A stretch of 64,000 nucleotides of DNA from an uncultured Candidatus Saccharibacteria bacterium. GTDB taxonomy: Bacteria > Patescibacteriota > SICC01. Positions 9,978 through 18,642 of this stretch are shown in pieces. The notes under the pieces were generated by a model that was not told where the DNA came from, did not search any database, and was given only the letters and a program-made list of their open reading frames with translations. Location of the stretch: the NCBI GenBank assembly GCA_964525455.1, contig CAZGHP010000001.1:8766-72765 (forward strand), read 5' to 3'. Each line of letters begins with the position of its first letter. Within the stretch, counting starts at the first letter, position 1. The position numbers and the translations under genes are program-made.

Positions 9978-11087
9978 TCAAGCCCCGTGCCGGATGTGCA
10001 TGACGTCGCCATCGACGACGACGTAGTCCTTGCCTTCAGCCCGAAGCTTCCCGGTATCGCGGGCGGCGGCCTCGCTGCCCGCCGCGACGAAGTCGTCATA
10101 GCCGATTACCTCGGCGCGGATGAACTTGTCAGCGAAGTCGCCGTGGATGGTGCCGGCCGCCTGCGGCGCGGAACTGCCCTTGCGGATCGGCCAGGCGCGT
10201 ACCTCCTTGGGGCCGGCGGTGTAGAAGGTGATCAGCTCGAGCAGCTCGTATCCGGCGCGGATGAACCGGTTGAGGTTCGGCTCGGTGAGCCCGACCGAAC
10301 CGAGGAATTCCGCGCGCTCCTCCGGCGGCAACGCCCCGATCTCCGCCTCGATCTTCGCGGAGACGGCGACGACCCGGAAGCTCTGTTGCTCAGCCCAGCG
10401 CTCGGCTTCCTGGAAGAACGAGTTGGTACCGGGCTTGGCCACGTCCCCCTCGCCGACGTTCGCGACCACGAGCATGGGCTTCGCGGTGATGAACGGGAGC
10501 GGGCCGCCGGCCGCGAGCGCTTTCCGCTCATCGGCGGTGAACGTCACGGAGTGCGCCGGTTGCTCCGCATCGAACGCCGCGCCGATCCGCCGGAACAGTC
10601 CCAGTCGCTCCGCGGCGTCGGGACTGCCCTTCGCCTCCTTCTCCAGCGGGCCGAGGAGCTTGTCATACGTCTGCTGGTCAGCGAGGATCAGCTCGAGCAT
10701 GACGGTGCGGAGGTCGTCCACCGGATTGAGCCTGCCGGAGACGTGCGTGACCTGCGGGTCCTCGAAACAGCGGACCACGAGCGCGATCGCGCTGGTCTCG
10801 CGGATGTGGGCCAGGAACTTGTTGCCGAGCCCTTCGCCCTTGCTGGCCCCGCCGACGAGTCCCGCGATGTCCACGAACTTCACGGTGGCGGGGACGGTCC
10901 GTTCCGGCTTCACCAGCCCGGCGAGCTTCGTAAGCCGCGAGTCGGGGACGTCCACCACGCCCTCGTTCGGTTCGATCGTAGTGAACGGCCGGTTCGCGCT
11001 TTCGGCCTGCGCGCGCTCGAGCAGGGCATTGAAGAGCGTGGACTTGCCGACGTTCGGAAGCCCGACGATGCCGATGGAGAGGGACAT
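9978..11087 (-). CDS. ychF: ribosome-binding ATPase YchF
   Basis: GIVGLPNVGKSTLFNAL P-loop, TGS-like C-terminus, 369 aa. Confidence 0.93.
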   Translation of the reverse strand: MSLSIGIVGLPNVGKSTLFNALLERAQAESANRPFTTIEPNEGVVDVPDSRLTKLAGLVKPERTVPATVKFVDIAGLVGGASKGEGLGNKFLAHIRETSAIALVVRCFEDPQVTHVSGRLNPVDDLRTVMLELILADQQTYDKLLGPLEKEAKGSPDAAERLGLFRRIGAAFDAEQPAHSVTFTADERKALAAGGPLPFITAKPMLVVANVGEGDVAKPGTNSFFQEAERWAEQQSFRVVAVSAKIEAEIGALPPEERAEFLGSVGLTEPNLNRFIRAGYELLELITFYTAGPKEVRAWPIRKGSSAPQAAGTIHGDFADKFIRAEVIGYDDFVAAGSEAAARDTGKLRAEGKDYVVVDGDVMHIRHGA

Positions 11088-11123
11088 GAATCCAGTGTAC
11101 GCGATGGGTAGCCGACGAGACCC

Positions 11124-11145
11124 GGGAAGTTCAGGTTGAAAGGGT
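11124..11145 (+). repeat. 22-nt direct repeat copy A (GGGAAGTTCAGGTTGAAAGGGT)
   Basis: Matches 11884-11905 at 21 of 22 positions. Confidence 0.6.
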
Positions 11146-11240
11146 AATACAGAAAGCGCAAGAACTGTTGCTCCCGTCCGGTTCCTATCAAGGAAAGGTT
11201 CCGGACGGGAGCATGTTGCATGGGCTTTTGCCGCTTCCAG

Positions 11241-11702
11241 CTAATTCAACGTGTAGATGAAGTGGATCCGCTTGCACTGTTTGGACAGGGAAAGCACTAT
11301 CCAGAGGTCGCCGATCGTCCGAAAACTGTCTGCGCTCTCCGGATCTACGGACTCCACTCGTTTCTCGCATCGTTTGCTGCCGAACGGTACGGTCGTTGGG
11401 TAATCCAGGACGGGGGATGACTCGTACTCATAACAGAAGTAGGGTCCCTCGGTAGTTCCCGGCGGTTTCGGGTATGGCGGGTCCGAGTAAATCGCGTAGA
11501 CCTTGGTGACTCGGCAGTTGTCTACGATGCCGCGCACCGTCTCGGGATCCCGGTGTTTGATCGGCTCGGGAGGCTTTCCCTGATGCTCGACCTCCATGCT
11601 GGTGATCACGGGACCGTTGTCCTCGTTCCCGCAGCTGACTGCGAGCACTGCGGTGGCGGCAAGCAGGATGAGTACTGTCACCATCCGGCGGGTGATGCCC
11701 AT
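11241..11702 (-). CDS. putative lipoprotein, hypothetical
   Basis: Signal peptide with an LAVSC lipobox-like motif; 153 aa. Confidence 0.4.
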   Translation of the reverse strand: MGITRRMVTVLILLAATAVLAVSCGNEDNGPVITSMEVEHQGKPPEPIKHRDPETVRGIVDNCRVTKVYAIYSDPPYPKPPGTTEGPYFCYEYESSPVLDYPTTVPFGSKRCEKRVESVDPESADSFRTIGDLWIVLSLSKQCKRIHFIYTLN

Positions 11703-11883
11703 GTCGTTCTCCTTCGGTCGGGTACTGGGCGCTCTGGATACGGAATATCCACAGCGCCCGTCCCGATCGGAGGAAAAAAGTTGTTAACGCCTCTTCGATT
11801 GAAAAGACAATTCAGTATAACAAAAGACTTTCCTCAAGACACCTTGCGCGGGAAGCCTTCTCGCTTAGCGATCGACGAGGTCT

Positions 11884-11905
11884 GGGAAGTTCAGGTCGAA
11901 AGGGT
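11884..11905 (+). repeat. 22-nt direct repeat copy B (GGGAAGTTCAGGTCGAAAGGGT)
   Basis: Matches 11124-11145. It is followed by a GUCGGGA/UCCCGAC hairpin and a strong AAGGAGGAGG RBS. Confidence 0.6.
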
Positions 11906-11978
11906 CTAGTCTGAGGATGCATGCTCTTCGGAGTCCGCGTCGGGACGGTCTCCCGACAACGTACCTTAAGGAGGAGGC

Positions 11979-12254
11979 GTGAAACGAAGGATCTCATTCG
12001 ATCCTGTATTGGCCCTGGCCCTGGCCGTGGTGGCGGTAGCCGTCGCCGCGGGGGTCGGGATCGGCACGTTCTCCGCGAACGCGATCGTCGACTACGACCA
12101 GGCGCGTGAGCAGGAACGCCAGACCGCGATCCAGGACGGCTGTGATACGCGTGGTGGTGTCCGCAGGGTGGATGAGACGGATCCGTTCCCTCCGGGCAAT
12201 CCGGTCGGAAGTGTCATCTGCCGCGACGGCCACGCGATTCCATTCGGCGATTAA
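11979..12254 (+). CDS. small secreted protein, hypothetical (GTG start)
   Basis: AAGGAGGAGG RBS 6 nt upstream of GTG; signal-peptide-like N-terminus. Confidence 0.4.
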   Translation: MKRRISFDPVLALALAVVAVAVAAGVGIGTFSANAIVDYDQAREQERQTAIQDGCDTRGGVRRVDETDPFPPGNPVGSVICRDGHAIPFGD

Positions 12255-12264
12255 GGGAGTGTCC

Positions 12265-12579
12265 ATGATGAAGTTCCTGTTTTCTGATGGAAACGACGTA
12301 CAGGCCGTGATTCTCGTGCTGATCACGTTGCTGATCGCCCTGGCGATCAGCACTGGTACCGCCGTGCTGTTGCTCCTCACCATGCCTCTGGCGATGCTCC
12401 TGTTCTGGAAGTGTCTCTGGGGGTCGTTGGCGCTGGTCCTGAACCTGGTCGCGATCCTCTCGGCGGGGTACTACGAGACCGGCATGATGGCCACGCTGGG
12501 AGTAGTTGCGTTAGTTGCCGGTATCGGCGATTTGATTACCGGCTGGCAGCGCTGGCGCGCTAACCCCGAGCCTGCCTGA
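12265..12579 (+). CDS. small polytopic membrane protein, hypothetical
   Basis: AAGGGAG RBS before the ATG at 12265; three hydrophobic helices. Confidence 0.45.
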   Translation: MMKFLFSDGNDVQAVILVLITLLIALAISTGTAVLLLLTMPLAMLLFWKCLWGSLALVLNLVAILSAGYYETGMMATLGVVALVAGIGDLITGWQRWRANPEPA

Positions 12580-12693
12580 ATCACTACAACGGACTTCGAA
12601 CCCGCGCGCAGTAGTCCGTGTGGCGCAAGCCATGTCGCGGGAGCGGCCATCACATACTTCGGTATCTGGTGGCCTTTTTCTTATTCAAAAACA

Positions 12694-12717
12694 CCCGACG
12701 GGGGAACGTCGGGCTTT
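12694..12717. terminator. hairpin CCCGACG-gggaa-CGTCGGG followed by CTTT between convergent genes; candidate bidirectional terminator
   Basis: 7-bp GC-rich stem read directly. Confidence 0.35.
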
Positions 12718-12815
12718 AACCATGGTACTGCTGCTGATTTCCTAACCCGTGAGGGAAACTCTGATCAGCGCCGGCCGGGAAGCGGATTGCTTCACGAACG
12801 GAAGAGTTGATGTTC

Positions 12816-13355
12816 CTACGACGGCACCGGGATGAGCTCCTGACTTCCGTTCTCGAGCCCATCGAGTGGTATCCGTTTCGGTGGTCTCACGTACATCTTG
12901 CCGCGGTTCCGGAAGTTGAAGTCCACGCGCAGGGCTCTCGCGTCGAGAATCAAGTCGTACTTGCTCCGGAAGGACCATACCGCCCGTTTGCACCCCGAAC
13001 CCTGAAATGGATTCGCGTTGTTGAGCGGGAGCACTACCGGGGGTGGCACCGCCGGCACCCGGATCGCCGTGATCTGGATGTGGCACCGCTCGGCTTTCAG
13101 TGCGGGAGGCTCCTTGGTGCTGACCCGCAGCGATTTGCACGCGGCAGCCGCCTCCACCTGGAAAGCGGCACCGAAGTCGCGGGTCGGGACGAAGACCCGG
13201 CAATCGTACTCGCCGGGGGACTTGTCCGGACCGAGCTTGATGATGTGGACCTCCGGCTCGGAATCCTCATCGTGCTCGGGTGAGCTTGAGATGGCGAGCG
13301 CGAGTGCGGCCACTGCCATCAGTGCCAGTAGCAATAGCTTTCGAGCGAGCCGCAT
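12816..13355 (-). CDS. secreted protein, hypothetical
   Basis: Signal peptide, 179 aa, 4 Cys. Confidence 0.4.
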   Translation of the reverse strand: MRLARKLLLLALMAVAALALAISSSPEHDEDSEPEVHIIKLGPDKSPGEYDCRVFVPTRDFGAAFQVEAAAACKSLRVSTKEPPALKAERCHIQITAIRVPAVPPPVVLPLNNANPFQGSGCKRAVWSFRSKYDLILDARALRVDFNFRNRGKMYVRPPKRIPLDGLENGSQELIPVPS

Positions 13356-13519
13356 ACGTCCTCCTTAGTCGGGTACGGGATCGTAAGACAACGTGGTCGT
13401 GTAAAAGAACGACCGTTTATTATTGCGCCACTAAGCGGTAAATTGCAACGTCGCAGGATAGTAAAACGGGCCGGTCTTCATCGAATGGGTTCGAGGAAGG
13501 GTCCGGCCCGTAAGGTTCG

Positions 13520-13798
13520 TCATTCCCGCAGGTCATAGCCGTACCGACGGTAACGTCCTATCGCGCTTCCTATTGCCTCACCGAGTGCGAACAAGCTCAG
13601 GACGGAAATCGCGAGGCAGCCGACGACGATGAGGAAACCGAAGACGAGCAGGAATCCGGCGCCCGTCGGCGTCTCGGGGCAGATCCATTTGAGGATCAAG
13701 ACTGCCGGCACGCTTGCCAGCAGGGGTCCGAAGCAGTAGCAACCGTTCCGGAGCACCGCACGGTACTCCGGCACGGCGAACAGCGGTAGCGAGCGCAT
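13520..13798 (-). CDS. small membrane protein, hypothetical
   Basis: 92 aa with two TM segments. Confidence 0.3.
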   Translation of the reverse strand: MRSLPLFAVPEYRAVLRNGCYCFGPLLASVPAVLILKWICPETPTGAGFLLVFGFLIVVGCLAISVLSLFALGEAIGSAIGRYRRYGYDLRE

Positions 13799-13861
13799 GG
13801 GTGCTCCTTGGTCGGGAACAAGACGGAATGTGAAGCAGCGGGTTTATTGTACGCTGAATAC

Positions 13862-14194
13862 ATGGCTACTTTCGACGACTTCCAGAAGCTCGACATCCGC
13901 GTCGGCGAGATCGTTTCGGCGGAGGAATTCCCGGAAGCGAAGAGGCCCAGCTACAAGCTGACGATCGACTGCGGGCCGGAGCTCGGTACCAAACGGTCGT
14001 GCGCGCAGCTCACGGCGAACTACCCGCGGGAGTCGCTCGCGGGCAAGCGGGTGCTGGCGGTGGTGAACTTCCCGCCGCGGCAGATCGGCCCGGCGGTCTC
14101 GGAAGTGCTGACCCTCGGCGTGCCGGACGCGCAGGGCGAATGCGTCCTGCTCACCCCGGACGCGGACGTGCCGCTCGGCGGGAAGGTGTATTAG
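13862..14194 (+). CDS. tRNA-binding domain protein (CsaA/EMAP/Myf-type OB fold)
   Basis: FQKLDIRVGEI..AE.. and KLTIDCG..... VVNF motifs of the CsaA/YgjH tRNA-binding domain. Confidence 0.65.
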   Translation: MATFDDFQKLDIRVGEIVSAEEFPEAKRPSYKLTIDCGPELGTKRSCAQLTANYPRESLAGKRVLAVVNFPPRQIGPAVSEVLTLGVPDAQGECVLLTPDADVPLGGKVY

Positions 14195-14253
14195 GGTTTA
14201 TAGTTATCTGCTTGCGGCAGCAGGCAATCAGTAGCAAGCTGCAGATACGAAAC

Positions 14254-14280
14254 ACACCGCGCAGGCGGTGTTTTATTTAT
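14254..14280 (+). terminator. rho-independent terminator (ACACCGC-gcag-GCGGTGT followed by TTTATTTAT)
   Basis: Stem-loop plus T-rich run directly after the 13862-14194 gene. Confidence 0.55.
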
Positions 14281-14286
14281 GTGAAG

Positions 14287-15063
14287 ATGAAAGTCTTACT
14301 TTGGATACTGGTAATTGTGGGAGGCTTATCTTTCGTGGGTGCTGCTGCCGATGAGGATGATTCTTCATCAGGTAGTTCGGGCCACTCAGAATCGGAAGCA
14401 CTAGCTGGGACAGAAAGTTGTGCTTATCCAGAAATTAACGAAGAGAATATTCGTGCTGTCATTAATCAGAAACGCACCGCTGGCTCTGAGGTAACTCCTG
14501 ATCCTGCATTGGATTCCTATTCCGAGGAGCGTTCATATGAAAATTATGAAAGACAGTCTGCTGAGGATAGTGCTAAGTACGGAACCGGCGAAGGACAAGG
14601 TTACTACAGGTGGCGAGATCAATTCGGCACAGGTGTATTCACCGAAGAAGGTCGGAATAATAGCCAACCGATTGTTGCTCCGGCTTTCGCGGAATACCAA
14701 GAGCTTTCGGATACGACAGAATACTCTGATACTTGTGATTTAATCGCTGTTTGGGAAGAGGGAACATTCACCGATGCTGCGCTCAAATATGTAGGCATTG
14801 GTATCACTGATAAATATGTTGTGATTTCCCTAGCGAAACCGACCACGCCTGTCCCAGTTGTAAATGGTGGGCAAGCCTCAGGGAACACATACGATTCGTA
14901 TGAATATAGTGGCCACGATTATTCTTATGATGATTATGGGTATTCGGAGGATTTAGATTGTGCGGATGTCAGTTATGAAGAAGCACAACAATCAATAGGT
15001 CAGGGCGACCCCCATGGCTTTGACGGTGACGGTGATGGAATCGGTTGTGAATGGAATTATTGA
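14287..15063 (+). CDS. secreted acidic protein with C-terminal Excalibur (extracellular calcium-binding) domain
   Basis: Signal peptide, and a DxDxDGxxCE motif (DGDGDGIGCE) at the C-terminus. The gene is in a ~42% GC island. Confidence 0.6.
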   Translation: MKVLLWILVIVGGLSFVGAAADEDDSSSGSSGHSESEALAGTESCAYPEINEENIRAVINQKRTAGSEVTPDPALDSYSEERSYENYERQSAEDSAKYGTGEGQGYYRWRDQFGTGVFTEEGRNNSQPIVAPAFAEYQELSDTTEYSDTCDLIAVWEEGTFTDAALKYVGIGITDKYVVISLAKPTTPVPVVNGGQASGNTYDSYEYSGHDYSYDDYGYSEDLDCADVSYEEAQQSIGQGDPHGFDGDGDGIGCEWNY

Positions 15064-15106
15064 AATAACAATCGTTCCTAGTAGGACCATTAAAGAATGG
15101 ACTTAA

Positions 15107-15547
15107 ATGAGTAACACTTCGTACATCAATAGGTTTGTAATCACGGAGTCGCATTCATTGGTGGCAGTTGGATTATTGATTGCGATCCAATCATTTCTTT
15201 TTCAAGAGAATGTTCAGACCGTAGACCTAGGAATTCTTTACAGCATGAAGTTGGCTATCTGGTTCTTGCTAATAATTTTTCTTGGGGAGCTTACCTGGGA
15301 GTTGATCAAGAATGGTTACGAAAGTTCTGTTGGAAAGACAAAAGATTGGATTCCAGCGTCTATACTGCTCGTTCCATTTGGGTTTCTATTGTTGTCTTCA
15401 GTTGGAGTTCTAGTCGAACTAAGCGAGTGCATCAAATGCCCACCTTCTGTGTATGTTCCAGACGTATACTTCTTAGCATTCATTGCTCCAGTTATTTTCG
15501 TATTTATAAAGATTCTACGTTTTGTAAAAAAAATTGGGCGGTATTAA
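15107..15547 (+). CDS. polytopic membrane protein, hypothetical (low-GC island cargo)
   Basis: 146 aa, four hydrophobic helices, AT-rich codon usage unlike the flanks. Confidence 0.4.
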   Translation: MSNTSYINRFVITESHSLVAVGLLIAIQSFLFQENVQTVDLGILYSMKLAIWFLLIIFLGELTWELIKNGYESSVGKTKDWIPASILLVPFGFLLLSSVGVLVELSECIKCPPSVYVPDVYFLAFIAPVIFVFIKILRFVKKIGRY

Positions 15548-16524
15548 CCTTTCCCATGAAACTTCTTATGCACCTCCCGCAGCTGCGGGTTGGTGACGTG
15601 CGTGTAGACCTGGGTGGTCGTGATCGAGGCGTGGCCGAGCATCTGCTGGACGCTCCGGATGTCGGCGCCGTTCCGGAGCAGTCCCGTCGCGAACGAGTGC
15701 CGCAGCGTGTGCGGGGTCACGTCCTTCACCAGGCCGGCCGCCGCCGCGTACTTCTTGATGACCCGCTGCACCGACCGCGGCGTCAGCCGGAGGTCGGATC
15801 CGTCGGGCTCTTCCTTCACCTCGGCGGAGCGGGTCAGCAGCGGCTTCAGCGCCATCTGTGATCGTCCGCGTTTGTCCAAGTACGCCGCGAGGTGCTCCGT
15901 GGCCCGTACCGAGAGAAAGACGATCCGCGGCTTGTCGCCTTTGCCACGCACCATGAACTCGCCGCGTTCGGCGTTCACCTGGTCGGTGTCGAGGGAACAG
16001 AGCTCGGAGACGCGCAGCCCCGTGGAGTAGAAGAGCTCGAGGATCGCGCGGTCGCGGAGGCTCGTGAACGTGTCCTTGGTGCCGGCGGCTTCCAAGAGCC
16101 GCTCGACCTCCTCCGGCGTCAGGAACTCGACGCTCCGTCGTTCGGTCTTGCCGAGTTCGATCTTGTCGGCGGAAAGGGTCATCACGTCACGGCGGGCCAG
16201 GTACTTGAGCAGCGCCCGGATCGCGATCACGTGGTAGTTCTGGGTGAGCCGGCCGAGTTCGCCGCCCTGCGGGGTGGGCTGGCGGTTCAGCCAGATCCGG
16301 AAACTCCGGACCGCGTCGATCGTGATGTCCCGCGCCGTGGCGACGCCGTTCCGCGCTCCCCAGCGCATGAACCGGCCGAGGTAGTGTTCGTAATTGCGAA
16401 GCGTGAGCCGTGAAAGTTGCCGCTCCACCTCGCAGTATTCGAGAAATTGCGTGATGTATTCGGCGAGTTCGGTTTTGGGGCGGGGCGTCGCTGCCAGCTG
16501 CCCAGATGTCGCTTTTTTCGGCAT
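15544..16524 (-). CDS. xerD: tyrosine site-specific recombinase, XerC/XerD family
   Basis: C-terminal HTLRHSFATGLLRNGADIRSVQQMLGHASITTTQVYTHV catalytic motif. Its stop codon overlaps the stop of the island gene. Confidence 0.85.
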   Translation of the reverse strand: MPKKATSGQLAATPRPKTELAEYITQFLEYCEVERQLSRLTLRNYEHYLGRFMRWGARNGVATARDITIDAVRSFRIWLNRQPTPQGGELGRLTQNYHVIAIRALLKYLARRDVMTLSADKIELGKTERRSVEFLTPEEVERLLEAAGTKDTFTSLRDRAILELFYSTGLRVSELCSLDTDQVNAERGEFMVRGKGDKPRIVFLSVRATEHLAAYLDKRGRSQMALKPLLTRSAEVKEEPDGSDLRLTPRSVQRVIKKYAAAAGLVKDVTPHTLRHSFATGLLRNGADIRSVQQMLGHASITTTQVYTHVTNPQLREVHKKFHGKG

Positions 16525-16756
16525 GTTCTATATTGTGCGACATTTACGCGCGGAAAGCGAGCAGGGGTGTCCGGCAGTACGTACCGGCGTGCCCGGCCGG
16601 ACGCCGGCGGAAAAACAAAAAAGAGAGGATAAAAGTTACGGTAGGTAACGTTTGGTTCCTCTCTTTTCCCCGTCCGGAACATCTTGCGATGCGGCCGCTC
16701 AAGACTTGCAAAGCACGGGGTTGTGGGCCTGTAGGTGGGTCGTGAAAGCGTCTACG

Positions 16757-17233
16757 TTAGACGCGCATCACTCCGAGTCGTAGATGGCTGGTCGAATTGG
16801 CTGGTGTGATCGCCGAAAGCACGTGTCTGACCGTAGCGAGCGCTGTGTGTCTCATCTTCGCGAACGCGGGTCTCTTGTTCAGGGTGCCGTCGTACGTGGC
16901 GTCAGTCGCGGTGTGGTACCTCGTCCTGGTCAGGCTGAGCGCCAGACCAGTCGCAAGGACCAAGCAGGCCATCATCACCGCCAGGATACTCAACGGGCTT
17001 GCCCGCTCGGACAGGGCCGCTACGGCCTGGTCCGCCATGGCGGTGAGTTGTGCAGCGATCGGCTCTGCCGTCAGGCAGGTCACCGTCATGCCGCAGGTGA
17101 TGGATGTCCCGGCCGCGTCGCCAGTCACGCCCGTCAGGGTCTGCCCCGTACTTGCGGAACTGGACAACGGGATGGTCAGGAAGACCATCATCGCGAGAAG
17201 CGCGAGTATCAGCAGCGATAACTTGCGTCTCAT
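16757..17233 (-). CDS. secreted or membrane protein, hypothetical
   Basis: GGAGGAG RBS 5 nt upstream, N-terminal TM or signal, a second TM. Confidence 0.35.
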   Translation of the reverse strand: MRRKLSLLILALLAMMVFLTIPLSSSASTGQTLTGVTGDAAGTSITCGMTVTCLTAEPIAAQLTAMADQAVAALSERASPLSILAVMMACLVLATGLALSLTRTRYHTATDATYDGTLNKRPAFAKMRHTALATVRHVLSAITPANSTSHLRLGVMRV

Positions 17234-17356
17234 CTACTCCTCCAATTTTTGAAGGTGCTAAGAAACGGTCTTAGCGTCCGAATAAAAAATACTATAGGGA
17301 GGGCGCTTTATCAATGCTTAGCCGATAAGTTTTCAGACACGCGTTAAGCTGGACAT

Positions 17357-17914
17357 ATGAGCTTCCTCGACAACATCGACTACCAGCTGACCCGTGCCGC
17401 CACGGAGCTCGGCGGGCAGGAGCCGCTCCGTGACAGCGTCGTGGGCGCGACCGCCGACCTGCTGCCTTACTTCTTCACCGCTGCCGGGGTCTGGATATTC
17501 CTCAGCGGCCGGACCAAGCGCCAGAAGGAGAAGGGCCACGACGCGGTCTTCGCCGCGATCGGGGCCGTGCTGCTGGCGATCGGCACCCGCTGGCTGATCG
17601 GCGAGGTGTTCCACCGCGACCGGCCGTTCGTCACGCACCAGCTCCACCACCTCGATCTCGTGGATCCGCTCGAACAGTCGTTCCCAAGCGGCCACGCGAT
17701 GGTGCTCTTCGCGTTCGCCGGTACCATCTACTTCATCGGGAACCACCGGAAATGGGGCGTCGCGCTACTGACCGTCGCGGCGGTCGTGGCGGTCGCCCGG
17801 GTCGCCGCCGGCGTCCATTATCCGAGTGACGTGATCGCCGGCGCCCTGATCGGCCTCGCGCTTGCCAAACTCGTCTCTTGGCAGAGCCGCTGGCTGGCGA
17901 GGGAAATGCGCTAG
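17357..17914 (+). CDS. PAP2 family phosphatase (BcrC/PgpB-type, candidate undecaprenyl-diphosphate phosphatase)
   Basis: PAP2 motifs: KEVFHRDRP, SFPSGH and SRVAAGVHYPSDV. Confidence 0.8.
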   Translation: MSFLDNIDYQLTRAATELGGQEPLRDSVVGATADLLPYFFTAAGVWIFLSGRTKRQKEKGHDAVFAAIGAVLLAIGTRWLIGEVFHRDRPFVTHQLHHLDLVDPLEQSFPSGHAMVLFAFAGTIYFIGNHRKWGVALLTVAAVVAVARVAAGVHYPSDVIAGALIGLALAKLVSWQSRWLAREMR

Positions 17915-17977
17915 GCGTACACTGACTAGTCGTCCCACCCGACCTTTTACATCACGAAACCGACGGAAGGAGCAGCC

Positions 17978-18178
17978 GTGGAGTGGGTGATCATCATACT
18001 TGTCGTGCTGGCCCTGCTCGGGTCGCGCCTCGCCAAAGGGTGCCTGCTCGGCATCTTCTGGTTCGTCATCCTGGCCTTCGTGCTCGTTCTGTTTCTCACG
18101 CTGCTCATCCAGAGCGACGTCAAGGACGGGAACGATAAGCCGCCTAAACCCCGGACGGAAATCGTCCGGACGGTCTGA
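17978..18178 (+). CDS. small single-pass or hairpin membrane peptide (66 aa), GTG start
   Basis: GGAAGGAG RBS; hydrophobic core and charged C-terminus. Confidence 0.4.
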   Translation: MEWVIIILVVLALLGSRLAKGCLLGIFWFVILAFVLVLFLTLLIQSDVKDGNDKPPKPRTEIVRTV

Positions 18179-18188
18179 GAGGAAGTGT

Positions 18189-18311
18189 ATGAGCGTTAAG
18201 AAGAAAGTACTTATCGGTGTCGGAGGAGGCTCCCTGTTCGTCTTTGCCTTTTTGGCGGCATTGGCGTGGATCGTCCTCGAGGAGGATGAGCGTGACCGGT
18301 ATCTCGGATGA
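18189..18311 (+). CDS. small single-pass membrane peptide (40 aa)
   Basis: GAGAGGAAG RBS; one TM and an acidic tail. Confidence 0.35.
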   Translation: MSVKKKVLIGVGGGSLFVFAFLAALAWIVLEEDERDRYLG

Positions 18312-18332
18312 TCATCTGGAGGACTGAGAGCC

Positions 18333-18527
18333 ATGCGTGACTGGCCGGCAATCCTCGGCATCCTGATCCTGGTCGCCCTGGGGGTCGCGTTTTTGGCGGG
18401 GGTCGTCTCGGTGGCTACCGGATCCTCGTTCACCCTTAATATGATCAGGATCCTTGCGATCTACGTGGTTGCCTTGATTATCTGGTTCGGACGCGACCGC
18501 ATGAACCACGGCATCGACCATTCCTGA
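18333..18527 (+). CDS. small two-TM membrane peptide (64 aa)
   Basis: GGAGGA RBS; two hydrophobic helices. Confidence 0.4.
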   Translation: MRDWPAILGILILVALGVAFLAGVVSVATGSSFTLNMIRILAIYVVALIIWFGRDRMNHGIDHS

Positions 18528-18642
18528 GGCGGCGATCCATCATCCCTTCTTCGATTCTTACGATTCGAATGAAACCGGGTGATGGGTGGCCGTCTTTTTT
18601 ATGTGGGCGCGCCGCCGTGGCATACGGTACGCTGGAATCCGT

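Noticed and set aside
9738-11111. 457-aa plus-strand ORF overlapping ychF
   Set aside because: Antisense to ychF; Arg, Gly and Ala-rich low-complexity translation
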